A DNA stretch of 64,000 nt, taken from positions 5,408,001 through 5,472,000 of the forward strand of contig OY761158.1 in NCBI GenBank assembly GCA_963664405.1. The letters are read 5' to 3'. Under the pieces are notes generated by a model. The model did no database searches and was not told the DNA's origin. It worked only from the letters and a program-made list of their open reading frames with translations. Source of the DNA: Thermoanaerobaculia bacterium (lineage in GTDB: Bacteria > Acidobacteriota > Thermoanaerobaculia > Multivoradales > Multivoraceae). Shown here one piece after another: positions 39,584-48,723 of this stretch; within the stretch, counting starts at the first letter, position 1; each line of letters begins with the position of its first letter. The translations under genes were made by a program, and so were the position numbers.

Positions 39584-40034
39584 ACCCTGAACGGCCGGGC
39601 TCCCGTGGACCCGAGAGATTCCCTCTCCGGCCGGCTGGGCGTACAGGAGTACGCCTACGTCGCCTCGCTCCTGCGCTGCGGCGATCTGGGGCACCCTGAA
39701 CGGCCGGGCTCCCGTGGACCCGAGAGATTCCCTCTCCGGCCGGCTGGGCGTACAGGAGTACGCCTACGTCGCCTCGCTCCTGCGCTGCGGCGATCTGGGG
39801 CACCCTGAACGGCCGGGCTCCCGTGGACCCGAGAGATTCCCTCTCCGGCCGGCTGGGCGTACAGGAGTACGCCTACGTCGCCTCGCTCCTGCGCTGCGGC
39901 GATCTGGGGCACCCTGAACGGCCGGGCTCCCGTGGACCCGAGAGATTCCCTCTCCGGCCGGCTGGGCGTACAGGAGTACGCCTGCGTCGCCTTGCTCCTG
40001 CGCTAAGGCGATCTGGGGCACCCTGAACGGCCGG
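39584..40034. repeat. 109-bp tandem repeat (4 full copies plus a partial; a further partial copy at 36134-36193)
   Basis: Unit ACCCTGAACGGCCGGGCTCCCG...GGCGTACAGGAGTACGCC...GATCTGGGGC at 39584, 39693, 39802 and 39911. The fourth copy carries a few substitutions. Confidence 0.95.
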
Positions 40035-40279
40035 CACGAGTCCGCGCCTAGAAAACTTGACTCAGACGTCACCAGTGCGAGCTATTAGAGGTTCTTAGTG
40101 GGCCGACCCGGCGAAATCGTTACGACAGATGTTGTAGGGGCGAGGTGGCTCGACCCCCGCGCCTAGCGCTTGGGATACCCGGCTGCTGTCTGTGGGGGGG
40201 CTAGGTGCCTACAGTTGCTGCCGGTTATCCTTGGGCCTTGAGGGTCCGATGAGATGTCGGTGAGGGCGGGAGGGTTGGA

Positions 40280-40822
40280 ATGAGCGCTTTCATTGCTCTA
40301 TTCAGAGGAATCAATGTCGGGGGCAAGAACAAGCTCCCGATGAAGAACCTCGCCTCTCTGATGGAAGGCATGGGCTTGAAGAACGTCAGCACTTACATCC
40401 AAAGCGGCAACGTGGTGTTCCAGGCTGCCGCCTCGAAGGAATCCGGCCTCGCCACAAAGATTCGAGGCTTGATCGAAGATCACTATGGCTTCAGTCCGGA
40501 AGTCGTCATTCTGGACCAAGGCGCAATTGATAAGGCGATCTCCGAGAACCCTTTTTCCGAGGCTGATGCTGAACCAAAGAGCGTGCATCTGACATTCTTG
40601 TCAGCGCTGCCCAGCAGCCCGGATGTCGAGGCCCTCGAGCGTATTCGCAAGCCCAGCGAACGCTTTGTGCTGAACGGAAAGGTATTTTTTCTCCACACGC
40701 CAGAGGGAATTGGAAGATCGAGGCTCGCGGCGCGTGTTGAAAAGTCTCTGGGCGTATCGTGTACGGCGCGCAATTGGCGGACCGTCCTGAAACTTCAGGA
40801 GATGATCCATGCATGTGCCTGA
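40280..40822 (+). CDS. DUF1697 protein
   Basis: IAL.RGINVGGKN..PM, TYIQSGNVVF and TARNW.TV.KL motifs. Confidence 0.9.
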   Translation: MSAFIALFRGINVGGKNKLPMKNLASLMEGMGLKNVSTYIQSGNVVFQAAASKESGLATKIRGLIEDHYGFSPEVVILDQGAIDKAISENPFSEADAEPKSVHLTFLSALPSSPDVEALERIRKPSERFVLNGKVFFLHTPEGIGRSRLAARVEKSLGVSCTARNWRTVLKLQEMIHACA

Positions 40823-40870
40823 CAGCGCCTGACAGATCTCGTCGCTACGCGGCTCGCCTGCCGGTTAGCT
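40817..40870 (+). other. Degenerate attC-like site
   Basis: GCCTGAC overlapping the stop codon, CGCTACGCG loop motif and GTTAGCT end; the palindrome is poor. Confidence 0.4.
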
Positions 40871-40932
40871 GAGAAACTTCGGCGGAGCTCGTCTGTTCCA
40901 CCCTACATTTAGTCTCGGCGAGGGGAGAAGCC

Positions 40933-41379
40933 ATGCTTCATCACGTTTCGTTCTCGGTGACCGAGCTAGCTCGCTCGGCGGGTTTCTACGCCGCCGCCCT
41001 CGGCGCACTTGGATTTCGCCGTGTCTTTGAAGCTGACACTGCGATCGGATATGGCCTAGAGGACGGCAAGGACAAGTTTCTGCTCAACGTCTCGGATGGG
41101 CCGGCATGCCCACCCTCTCCAGGCTTTCATCTCGCATTCGCAGCGCAGAACCGCGATCAGGTGGATGCCTTCCACGCTGAAGGTGTGAGGCATGGCGGCG
41201 TGGACAACGGCGCTCCTGGGCTTCGTCCGCACTACGGTCCCCACTACTATGCCGCCTTCGTCTTCGATCCTGATGGTCACGCCATTGAAGCCGTGATCAA
41301 TACACCTCGTCCCACGCTGCCGGAGGCTCGGGCGGTTTTGTCCGATATCGGCGAGTTCTTCGACCGGAATAGCAGTTGA
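40933..41379 (+). CDS. VOC family protein
   Basis: HLAFAA..R..VDAFH..G...GG.DNGAPGLRPHY...YYAAFV.DPDG..IEAV motif. Confidence 0.9.
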   Translation: MLHHVSFSVTELARSAGFYAAALGALGFRRVFEADTAIGYGLEDGKDKFLLNVSDGPACPPSPGFHLAFAAQNRDQVDAFHAEGVRHGGVDNGAPGLRPHYGPHYYAAFVFDPDGHAIEAVINTPRPTLPEARAVLSDIGEFFDRNSS

Positions 41380-41488
41380 GGGCGAATATGGTGCCGGCAT
41401 ACGGCGGTGCGGAACCTAAGTTCGAACCGTCCGCATAGGGCCAAGAGTGGACGCGAGCGACTTGTCGGGAAGGTGAGAGAATCGCCGC

Positions 41489-43018
41489 GTGAACACCTAC
41501 GACTATGTTGTTATCGGCGCCGGTTCGTCTGGTTGTGTTGTTGCCAATCGTCTGACCGAGGACCCGGACGTTTCTGTGCTGCTGTTAGAAGCTGGCGCCA
41601 GGGACGAGCTCCCGGCGATCGACGATCCACGCGCGTTCGCTCAGCTGTTCAAGACCCCCGTGGATTGGGCCTATGTCACGGCACCGGAGCCGGAATTGAA
41701 TGGACGATCCCTAGACTGGCCCCGGGGCAAGGTCCTGGGCGGCACCAGCGCAATCAACGCGATGATCTACCTTCGCGGAAACCGCGCCGACTACGACAAC
41801 TGGGCGAGCCTGGGCAACCTGGGTTGGGGATATGAGGACGTGCTTCCGTACTTCACGAAGTCGGAACGAAACTCTCGCGGCGCGTCAGATTGGCACGGCG
41901 CGAGCGGCTTGCTCGATGTCACCGATCCGTCCGCGCCGCATCCCTACTCACTTGCGTTTGTCGAGGCTGCTGCGGAGCTGGGACATGCGCGTAATCCCGA
42001 TTTCAACGGTGCGCGCCAGGATGGTGCAGGCCTTTGGCAGCGCACGATCAAGGACGGAACACGCTCGAGTACCGCGCGTGCTTTCCTGCACCCGGCGCTT
42101 GTTCGGTCAAACCTGCTCGTATTGACGGGCGCCGAGGCGACCCGCATCGTGTTTGAGGGCAGGCGAGCCACCGGTGTGCGCTACGTGCGAAATGGAATCA
42201 CGGAGGAGGTATCGGCGCGGGGTGAAGTCGTTCTGTGCGGGGGTACGGTCAATTCTCCGCATTTGCTGATGTTGTCCGGCATCGGGCCGGCAGATCATTT
42301 GCGAGGGCTCGGAATACCGGTTTTGGAAGATGTGCCCGGCGTAGGCCGGAATCTGCAGGACCATGTCATGGCGAAATTCCGTTGCTGGACGTCCGACCAT
42401 CGCGCAGTCGACGCCTCGAGCAATCTCGTCGAGGCCGGGCTGTTGTGCAGCGTGGAACCCGGGCTTACTCCGCCAGAGCTCTATTTTCATTTCCTCCCGG
42501 TGGCGATGGTCGAGACGCACAATGGGCAAGAGCGCTCGGCGTTTTCGATCGTGTCGGTCGTATTGCGGCCCAAGAGTCGCGGCTCGTTGCAGTTGCAATC
42601 TCCCGACCCGGAGGCCGCACCCGTCATCCGCGCCGGCTACTACTCAGAGCGAGCGGATCTGCTGCTGATGATCGAGGGCCTCGAGATCGCGCGTGCGCTT
42701 TCGCGAACGCGGGCCCTTGACGGCATCGTTGCCGAAGAAGGGGCACCGGGGGCGGCTGTCACCGGCGATGCCGCGCTCGAGGCCTACCTCCGCGAGACCA
42801 GCGATACCCTCTTTCATCCGGTGGGTACCTGCAAGATGGGGACGGATTCAGAGGCTGTGGTTGACCCTCGGCTTCGCGTGCGCGGCGTGGAAGCGCTTCG
42901 GGTGATCGATGCGTCGATCATGCCGACGATCACATCGGGGCCTACCAATGCTCCCTCGATCATGATCGGAGAGAAGGGTGCGGACATGATCAAAGCGTCT
43001 CGCGGTCTCAACGACTAG
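41489..43018 (+). CDS. GMC oxidoreductase (choline dehydrogenase-like)
   Basis: [34 protein letters not shown] and [10 protein letters not shown] motifs. Confidence 0.92.
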   Translation: MNTYDYVVIGAGSSGCVVANRLTEDPDVSVLLLEAGARDELPAIDDPRAFAQLFKTPVDWAYVTAPEPELNGRSLDWPRGKVLGGTSAINAMIYLRGNRADYDNWASLGNLGWGYEDVLPYFTKSERNSRGASDWHGASGLLDVTDPSAPHPYSLAFVEAAAELGHARNPDFNGARQDGAGLWQRTIKDGTRSSTARAFLHPALVRSNLLVLTGAEATRIVFEGRRATGVRYVRNGITEEVSARGEVVLCGGTVNSPHLLMLSGIGPADHLRGLGIPVLEDVPGVGRNLQDHVMAKFRCWTSDHRAVDASSNLVEAGLLCSVEPGLTPPELYFHFLPVAMVETHNGQERSAFSIVSVVLRPKSRGSLQLQSPDPEAAPVIRAGYYSERADLLLMIEGLEIARALSRTRALDGIVAEEGAPGAAVTGDAALEAYLRETSDTLFHPVGTCKMGTDSEAVVDPRLRVRGVEALRVIDASIMPTITSGPTNAPSIMIGEKGADMIKASRGLND

Positions 43019-43111
43019 TCGTACGAGCCAGGGCGCGGCAGAATCCCGACGTAGTGTGGCTCTGACCTTGACTACTCCCGGGCAATCTCGAATTGATAGG
43101 AGACTCCGACG

Positions 43112-43516
43112 ATGCCATCCAAACTTGATGAGTTTGCGAGTCACTACGCCCAGGCGTGGTGCAGTCAGAAGCCCGAAAGTGTTGCGGCGTTTTACGCCGA
43201 GGGCGCCTCGCTTCGCGTCAACGATGACGCCCCAGCTGTGGGCAGAGCCGCTATCACAGAGGTGGCCAGGGGGTTCATGACGGCCTTTCCGGATATGGTT
43301 GTGGCTCTGGACGAACTCCTCTCCAAACCAGATGGTGCCGAGTTTCACTGGACCTTGACGGGTACAAACTCCGGGCCCGAGGGCACCGGGAAACGGGTCC
43401 GGATCAGTGGCTACGAAGAGTGGCAGATCGACGCGAACGGCCTCATCGCCGAGTCCATGGGTCATTTTGACTCCGCCGAATATGAGCGCCAGCTCGAGCA
43501 CGGCGTGGACGGCTAG
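43112..43516 (+). CDS. SnoaL/NTF2-like (ester cyclase) protein
   Basis: FM.AFPD, WTLTGTNSGP.GTG..VRISG.EEW motifs. Confidence 0.85.
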   Translation: MPSKLDEFASHYAQAWCSQKPESVAAFYAEGASLRVNDDAPAVGRAAITEVARGFMTAFPDMVVALDELLSKPDGAEFHWTLTGTNSGPEGTGKRVRISGYEEWQIDANGLIAESMGHFDSAEYERQLEHGVDG

Positions 43517-43610
43517 TATGGTTGAGATTCACAACAGATGAGGAGGAGAGTCATGCCGAAGGTCGTATTCACACAGGCTGTAAGCGATCCCGCGGGCGAT
43601 TGACGGGAAG

Positions 43611-43994
43611 ATGGTTACACACACCGGGGGGTGTCACTGCGGACGAGTTCGCTTCGAGGTGGACGCTCCCGCAGAGATCGATGTCGACGAGTGCAACTGT
43701 TCGATCTGCTCCCGTGTCTCATACCTCCATCTCATCGTTCCGAAGTCTCGATTTCGCCTGCTCCGCGGCGAAGAATCGCTGACTTCTTATCGCTTCAACA
43801 CCGGGGTGGCTCAGCACCTCTTCTGTTCCACCTGCGGCGTCAAGTCGTTCTACGTGCCCAGATCTCATCCGGACGGCTACAGTGTCAATGCGCGATGCCT
43901 CGATCAAAGTAGCATTCAGCGATGCACGGTGCGGCAGTTTGATGGAGTGAATTGGGAGCAGCATGTTGTCGAGCTCGGCCAGCTCCAAGAGTAG
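43611..43994 (+). CDS. GFA family protein
   Basis: GGCHCG.VRFE, CNCSIC and H.FC..CG motifs. Confidence 0.9.
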   Translation: MVTHTGGCHCGRVRFEVDAPAEIDVDECNCSICSRVSYLHLIVPKSRFRLLRGEESLTSYRFNTGVAQHLFCSTCGVKSFYVPRSHPDGYSVNARCLDQSSIQRCTVRQFDGVNWEQHVVELGQLQE

Positions 43995-44060
43995 GCTGGC
44001 GGAGAAGGGACCAGGCACCGCTGCAGTCGCTTATCGAGTTTCAACCAAGGAGAAACGCCA

Positions 44061-44384
44061 ATGCCTCAATACGTTCTTGTTTATCTAGGTGGCGATCAGC
44101 CATCCAGCCCCGAGGCGGGCAAAGAACATTTTGCGAAGTACATGGCTTGGTTGTCCTCGCTGGGAGACTCGGCCGTCAGTCCTGCGAATCCGCTCAAGGG
44201 TACGAGCACAGTGAGCCCGGATGGTTCTGTCAGCGCCGGTGGGGCGACTTCGATGTCCGGCTTCACAATCATTGAAGCGGGTTCTATGGAGGCGGCACTG
44301 TCGATCGCGAAGGCTTGCCCTTTTCTCGACATCGGCGGCTCACTCGAAGTGTCGGAGCTGGTAGAGATGCCAAGCCAGAATTAG
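44061..44384 (+). CDS. YciI/DGPF family protein
   Basis: W...LG, SGFTIIEA.S.EAA..IAK.CP.L..GG..EV motifs. Confidence 0.82.
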   Translation: MPQYVLVYLGGDQPSSPEAGKEHFAKYMAWLSSLGDSAVSPANPLKGTSTVSPDGSVSAGGATSMSGFTIIEAGSMEAALSIAKACPFLDIGGSLEVSELVEMPSQN

Positions 44385-44441
44385 AGACTGGCAGCCGGAA
44401 AGGCGGCTTTCGGCTGCTGGAATGGCAGCGCTGGAGTTCAC

Positions 44442-45125
44442 TTGCTCGAGCTCATCATCGGCAACCGAAACTACTCCTCGTGGTCGCTGCGGGCGTGGCT
44501 CTATTTGCGCGCGAGCGAAGTTCCCTTCGCGGAGTCACGGATCCCGATGTTCACTGGCGATTGGGAGGAGTCTGCTCTCAGATACTCTCCGGCAGGCCGC
44601 GTGCCGGTCCTGATTGACGGCGACCTTCGGGTATGGGACTCGATGGCCATCATCGAGCATGTTCGAGAGTTGCACCCCGGCGGCGTCGGATGGCCCGAGG
44701 CCGCCGCTCTTCGAGCGCATGCGCGTTCCGTCTCGGCGGAGATGCACTCCGGGTTTCTCGCTATGAGAGGCGAGCTACCGCTCAATATTCGAGCACGCCG
44801 TTCCCCTCCGCCGATGTCCCCGACCTGCACGGCCCAGGTGCGCCGACTCTGCGAGATCTGGGAGGATGCCCGGAAGTCCTATGGTGGGCGGGGCCCCTGG
44901 CTCTTCGGTGAGCTCTCGATTGCCGACGTTCTATTCGCACCGGTAGCGCTGCGCTTCGTCTCTTACGGCGTCCCCCTGGCCGGAGGCGCTGCGGAATTCG
45001 TCGAAGCTGTCCAAGGTCTGGCGTCGGTCAAAGAGTGGTGCGCGCTCGCTGAAGCTGAGTCTGAGAGGATCTCCTTCATCGACGACCTCGTGCCGGCCGA
45101 TGACGCTCCTTTGACCCTCGGCTGA
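44442..45125 (+). CDS. Glutathione S-transferase family protein
   Basis: GNRNYSSWSLR.W, SPAGRVPVL, WDSMAI and AEMHSGF motifs. Confidence 0.9.
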   Translation: MLELIIGNRNYSSWSLRAWLYLRASEVPFAESRIPMFTGDWEESALRYSPAGRVPVLIDGDLRVWDSMAIIEHVRELHPGGVGWPEAAALRAHARSVSAEMHSGFLAMRGELPLNIRARRSPPPMSPTCTAQVRRLCEIWEDARKSYGGRGPWLFGELSIADVLFAPVALRFVSYGVPLAGGAAEFVEAVQGLASVKEWCALAEAESERISFIDDLVPADDAPLTLG

Positions 45126-45133
45126 GGGGGGCT

Positions 45134-45415
45134 GGCTTCGCGACCGCGGGAGAGCTAGCCCTTCTTCAGGAGGGCGGCATCATCCCGCCGGAACGGCGGT
45201 CCGGGTGCGTGGTCCCGGCGGCGTGTTTGCGGCCGGAAGAGATGCGTCAGTCGTTGTTAGGGTTTTGCAGTGCGGGCTCTGCTCTGATAGAGCAGGCCGA
45301 CCAGAGACGGCGAGAGCCCGGGAAAGCGAAGTAGGAAAACGCCCCGGGCTCTGCCCCAAACCGCAGCATTAGCTGCGCTTGCAGTATGGCAGAGAGTCGG
45401 GGTCGTCGTCGAATG
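45134..45415 (+). repeat. Solo near-identical copy of the IS21 internal leader (36262-36542)
   Basis: About 280 bp from GGCTTCGCGACCGCGGG to GGTCGTCGTCGAATG; lacks the IS21 IR and ORFs. Confidence 0.9.
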
Positions 45416-45640
45416 AGCCGTCGGAGTGGATGTCGATGCCGGTGGTGCCCGTCGGTAGCTCCATCACCTCCTGTGGGCTCGAGAACTCGATGCTGTCGCC
45501 CGATGACCTGACCAGGCGCTATGGCCAAAGTCCAGCGGCAGGACGGACTCCTACGCCGGGGGCTTTAGCCCCCTTCACACGGTGGAGGTCCCTTCGAGGG
45601 GCCTTCATCAAACAGCCTGCTGTGCGGGTGGTCCTTGATT

Positions 45641-46480
45641 CTAAACATCCGGGAAGAAGGGGTTGTTGCCCCGTAGCTCGTCATCGCGCTGCTCGGCGGT
45701 CAGACTCAGGACCCAGTTGGTGAGCTCCTCGGTTCCCTCGGGTGCAATCAGATTGTGGAATCTGGGCTCGGTGCTCTCGACGAGCTTCGCCACACCCTCC
45801 ACCAGCTCCCCGGGGTCGGGCATGGTGGCGGCGTGCTCTCGGAAGGCGGCCAGCGCCTTGTCCACCCCTTCGCTGTAGGTCGAATCGGTTCCCCCGACCC
45901 GCAGTGACGTGGTCTGCCAGTCCGTTCGGTAGGCGCCAGGCTCGACAACCGTCACCTTGATCCCGAAACGCTTCACCTCGTAGGCCAGCACCTCCGACCA
46001 CATGTGGACCGCGGCCTTCGATGCGCTGTACATCCCCATCAGGGGCAGCGGAATGCGGGCTGCACCCGAGGTGATGTTGATGATCAAGCCATCACGCCGT
46101 TTCCGCATGCCGGGAAGCACCGCCTTGCAGGTGCGCCACATCCCGATGGTGTTGGTGTTGAACTGGCGGATGACCTCCTCTTCATCGAACGCCTCGACCG
46201 GACCGTAGAGACCGTATCCTGCATTGTTGATCAGGACCTCGATGCGGCCGTACCGGGCCTCGATCGCGCCCAGGCTCGCGCTGACGCTGGCAGTGTCGGT
46301 GACATCCAGACGTTCGAAGTCCATGCCGGGAACCTGGGCGCGGAGCGACTCGAAATCGTCCGGATTGCGCATGGTGGCTACGACGCGATTTCCGCGCCGC
46401 GCAAGCTCCAGCGCGAAGGCGCGTCCGAACCCTCGCGACGCACCGGTGATCACGATCACTTTGCTGCTTGATGTCTGCAT
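45641..46480 (-). CDS. SDR family oxidoreductase
   Basis: TGASRGFG, NNAG, YSASK and VEPGAYRT motifs. Confidence 0.92.
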   Translation of the reverse strand: MQTSSSKVIVITGASRGFGRAFALELARRGNRVVATMRNPDDFESLRAQVPGMDFERLDVTDTASVSASLGAIEARYGRIEVLINNAGYGLYGPVEAFDEEEVIRQFNTNTIGMWRTCKAVLPGMRKRRDGLIINITSGAARIPLPLMGMYSASKAAVHMWSEVLAYEVKRFGIKVTVVEPGAYRTDWQTTSLRVGGTDSTYSEGVDKALAAFREHAATMPDPGELVEGVAKLVESTEPRFHNLIAPEGTEELTNWVLSLTAEQRDDELRGNNPFFPDV

Positions 46481-46566
46481 TGGAATCTTCTCCTGGGTAC
46501 CTACCGCATTGGTCGTAGTCGCCTCTTCAGCGTGCCCGTCCATGAGAGGGACGGGGCAGTCACTCT

Positions 46567-46655
46567 GTCAGGCCACCCTGCTCATAAGGTCGAGGAAACG
46601 GGTATCGGCCCGCAAGTTGTCGAAGCGCGGATTGACCTTGACCCACGCCAGACGC
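46567..46655 (-). pseudogene. C-terminal stub of a TPR-type signalling protein
   Basis: Reads LAWVKVNPRFDNLRADTRFLDLMSRVA*, resembling the LKVDPRFDPLRSDPRF tail of kinase/TPR proteins. Confidence 0.55.
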
Positions 46656-46728
46656 TGCCGTCGTCGAGGGCGATCGGCCCTTCGGGAAAGTCCAACTGAT
46701 TGGTGATCTCGCGCAGCTCGACCATCGT

Positions 46729-47628
46729 CTACTCCTTCTTCAGATGGCGATCCAGGAAGGCGACGACGGCGCGGCTCATCTCATCGTCGCTGCTCACGTC
46801 GCGATTGACGTCGTCATGGTCCTTGCTCTTCGCCATGAAGCTCTCGACCTCGACGCCCGCGGTGCGCAGGGCGCCGGCGAGCTCGTCGCTCGCCATTCCC
46901 GGCGGATATTGTTGGAACTGGATGCCGGCTGCGACAAGGAGGGTGGGCGGATGGCCCTTGTCCGGCGCGATGTGCGCCATCGCCGAAGCATCGCGCCAGT
47001 GCTCGGGAGTGTCGCCGAACTTCGAGAACGGGCCGGCGAGGATTGCGGGATCCTCGATCGCTGCGATTCGGGCCTCGAGATCGTAGGTGTGGCCGTCGAG
47101 GAGCACAGCCGCCTTCACCACCTCCAGACCGAGGCCGTGAGCCTCCAACCTGCGTTGATCCGTGATCAAGAGGCTACTCACCTGAGCGCCAGACGAGTGT
47201 CCGAGCAATCCGATGCGCTCAGGGTCTCCTCCGTAGTCCGAGATGTTCCGATACACCCAGGCAAAGGCAGCCGCGGTGTCCTCGAGCCAGGCAGGGTGAC
47301 GAACGGCGGGCGCGAGCCGATAGTTGATCGACACCACCACGTAGCCACGACTACAGAAGAAGTGCGGCTTGTCGCCCACCATCTCCTTGTCTCCGGCCCG
47401 ATAAGCGCCGCCGTGGACGTAGACCACCACAGGTGCCCCGTCGGCGCCGGCGGGAGCATAGATATCGAGCGCCTGGAGCTTCGCGTCACCGCCTTCGAGG
47501 TAGACCAGATCCGTCGTCGTCTGGATGACGAGATCGGGCGGGCGCTGCTCCTCCGAACAGGAGGCTATCGCCAACACCACAAGGGGCAAGGCCAAGAACC
47601 GCCATCCGTGAAAGCTCAGTTCGGGCAT
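46729..47628 (-). CDS. HSL-family alpha/beta hydrolase lipoprotein
   Basis: Lipobox-like IASC; HGGAY, NYRL.P and GHSSGA motifs. Confidence 0.85.
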   Translation of the reverse strand: MPELSFHGWRFLALPLVVLAIASCSEEQRPPDLVIQTTTDLVYLEGGDAKLQALDIYAPAGADGAPVVVYVHGGAYRAGDKEMVGDKPHFFCSRGYVVVSINYRLAPAVRHPAWLEDTAAAFAWVYRNISDYGGDPERIGLLGHSSGAQVSSLLITDQRRLEAHGLGLEVVKAAVLLDGHTYDLEARIAAIEDPAILAGPFSKFGDTPEHWRDASAMAHIAPDKGHPPTLLVAAGIQFQQYPPGMASDELAGALRTAGVEVESFMAKSKDHDDVNRDVSSDDEMSRAVVAFLDRHLKKE

Positions 47629-47632
47629 CTCT

Positions 47633-47880
47633 CTACTCCTTCGCCAGGTGGCGCTTGAAAAAGGCGGTGACGGCGCGGCTCATCTCATCGTCGCTGCTCA
47701 CGTCGCGGTTGACGCCGCCGTGGTCTTTGCCGTGCGCCAAGTCCCCCTTGTGCAGGCCCTCAGGCGCGCCAGGCAAACCCACCTTGAGCAGCCCGGTTCG
47801 GAACGGACTTTGACCGGTGATGAAGGCGGCCCGGCCTGCGGTGCAGCTGTTCTGACCGTAGGCGTCGGTAAATCTTCCAA
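47633..47880 (-). pseudogene. Chimeric remnant: arylsulfatase fragment plus duplicated hydrolase C-terminus
   Basis: [33 protein letters not shown] (sulfatase) fused to [25 protein letters not shown] (near-copy of the neighbour's end). Confidence 0.7.
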
Positions 47881-47906
47881 TAGCGCAATAAGAGTGTCCT
47901 CCGTCG

Positions 47907-48030
47907 TGGCACCTTCCGCTAGAAAGTGCGCCAACCCTCGACTCCTTGTTGAGACGAAACCGCGCAACCACCGAAAGTTGTCCGCGGAAGGAAGGTACCA
48001 GATTGTCACCTTCCACCGAATTTCGCGACA
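47907..48030. repeat. 27-bp sites downstream of the recombinase (48004-48030; degenerate 47907-47933)
   Basis: TGTCACCTTCCACCGAATTTCGCGACA and TGGCACCTTCCGCTAGAAAGTGCGCCA. Confidence 0.65.
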
Positions 48031-48061
48031 TCACTACATTCGGAGGCGTCGCTCTTCGTGC

Positions 48062-48589
48062 CTACCATTTGGTCCGGAACTCCTGCAGCACGAACTCGGG
48101 GCTCATGTTCAGGTAGATCTCGGTCGTCGACAGGTGATCGTGGCCGAGCATCATCTGCAAGGCGCGTGTCGAGCCACCCTTGTGAATCCACAGAATCGCA
48201 AAAGTGTGACGCAACACGTGGGGACTGACGGGACGGGAGATCGTCGCCGCGTTGGCGACGCGTCGCACGGTGCGCTGAGTGGTCCGCGCCGAGAAGTCGA
48301 TTGTCTCGTGGAGGATGAAATAGTGCTCGAAAAGAGCCCGCACACGGTCCGAGAGAGGTACAACTCGGAGCTTGGTGCGCTTTCCATAGGGGCCACCCTT
48401 TCCGTACAGCCGGATGCAGCGCTGCTGCCACTGGATCTGGTTCCTGGTCAAGTTGGCCAGCTCGGAGACGCGCATACCCGTCTCGAGAAGAGCCCAGATA
48501 CAGATCTTCTCCTCCATTGTCTCGCAGGCGTTGATGATTCGATCGGCTTCCTCAATCGACAGTGGCTCACGTTTGTGTTGGTATCTCAT
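48062..48589 (-). CDS. Minimal tyrosine recombinase (catalytic domain only, 175 aa)
   Basis: Complete R-K-H-R-H-Y set: ETGMRVSE, YGKGG, HVLRH, LGH and TEIY. No N-terminal core-binding domain. Confidence 0.92.
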   Translation of the reverse strand: MRYQHKREPLSIEEADRIINACETMEEKICIWALLETGMRVSELANLTRNQIQWQQRCIRLYGKGGPYGKRTKLRVVPLSDRVRALFEHYFILHETIDFSARTTQRTVRRVANAATISRPVSPHVLRHTFAILWIHKGGSTRALQMMLGHDHLSTTEIYLNMSPEFVLQEFRTKW

Positions 48590-48666
48590 GGCACAGTCCA
48601 TCAGAGACTGCGCGGGAGGAAATCGCAGCTCCTCCCTGAGAGCCGGCTCTAGAGAGCTTTCTGGGT

Positions 48667-48716
48667 ACTCATTCGGATCGAGCTATGCGTGTCGTAGTGC
48701 GCCACATAAAGCGACA
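48667..48716. repeat. Linker motif plus 27-bp site (48690-48716)
   Basis: ACTCAT-N9-GCTAT-N3-TGTCGTAGTGCGCCACATAAAGCGACA, 7 bp from the kinase stop codon. Confidence 0.85.
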
Positions 48717-48723
48717 TCCTCTC

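Noticed and set aside
39584-40034. CRISPR array
   Set aside because: Units are identical end to end with no unique spacers, and there are no cas genes. It is a plain tandem repeat.
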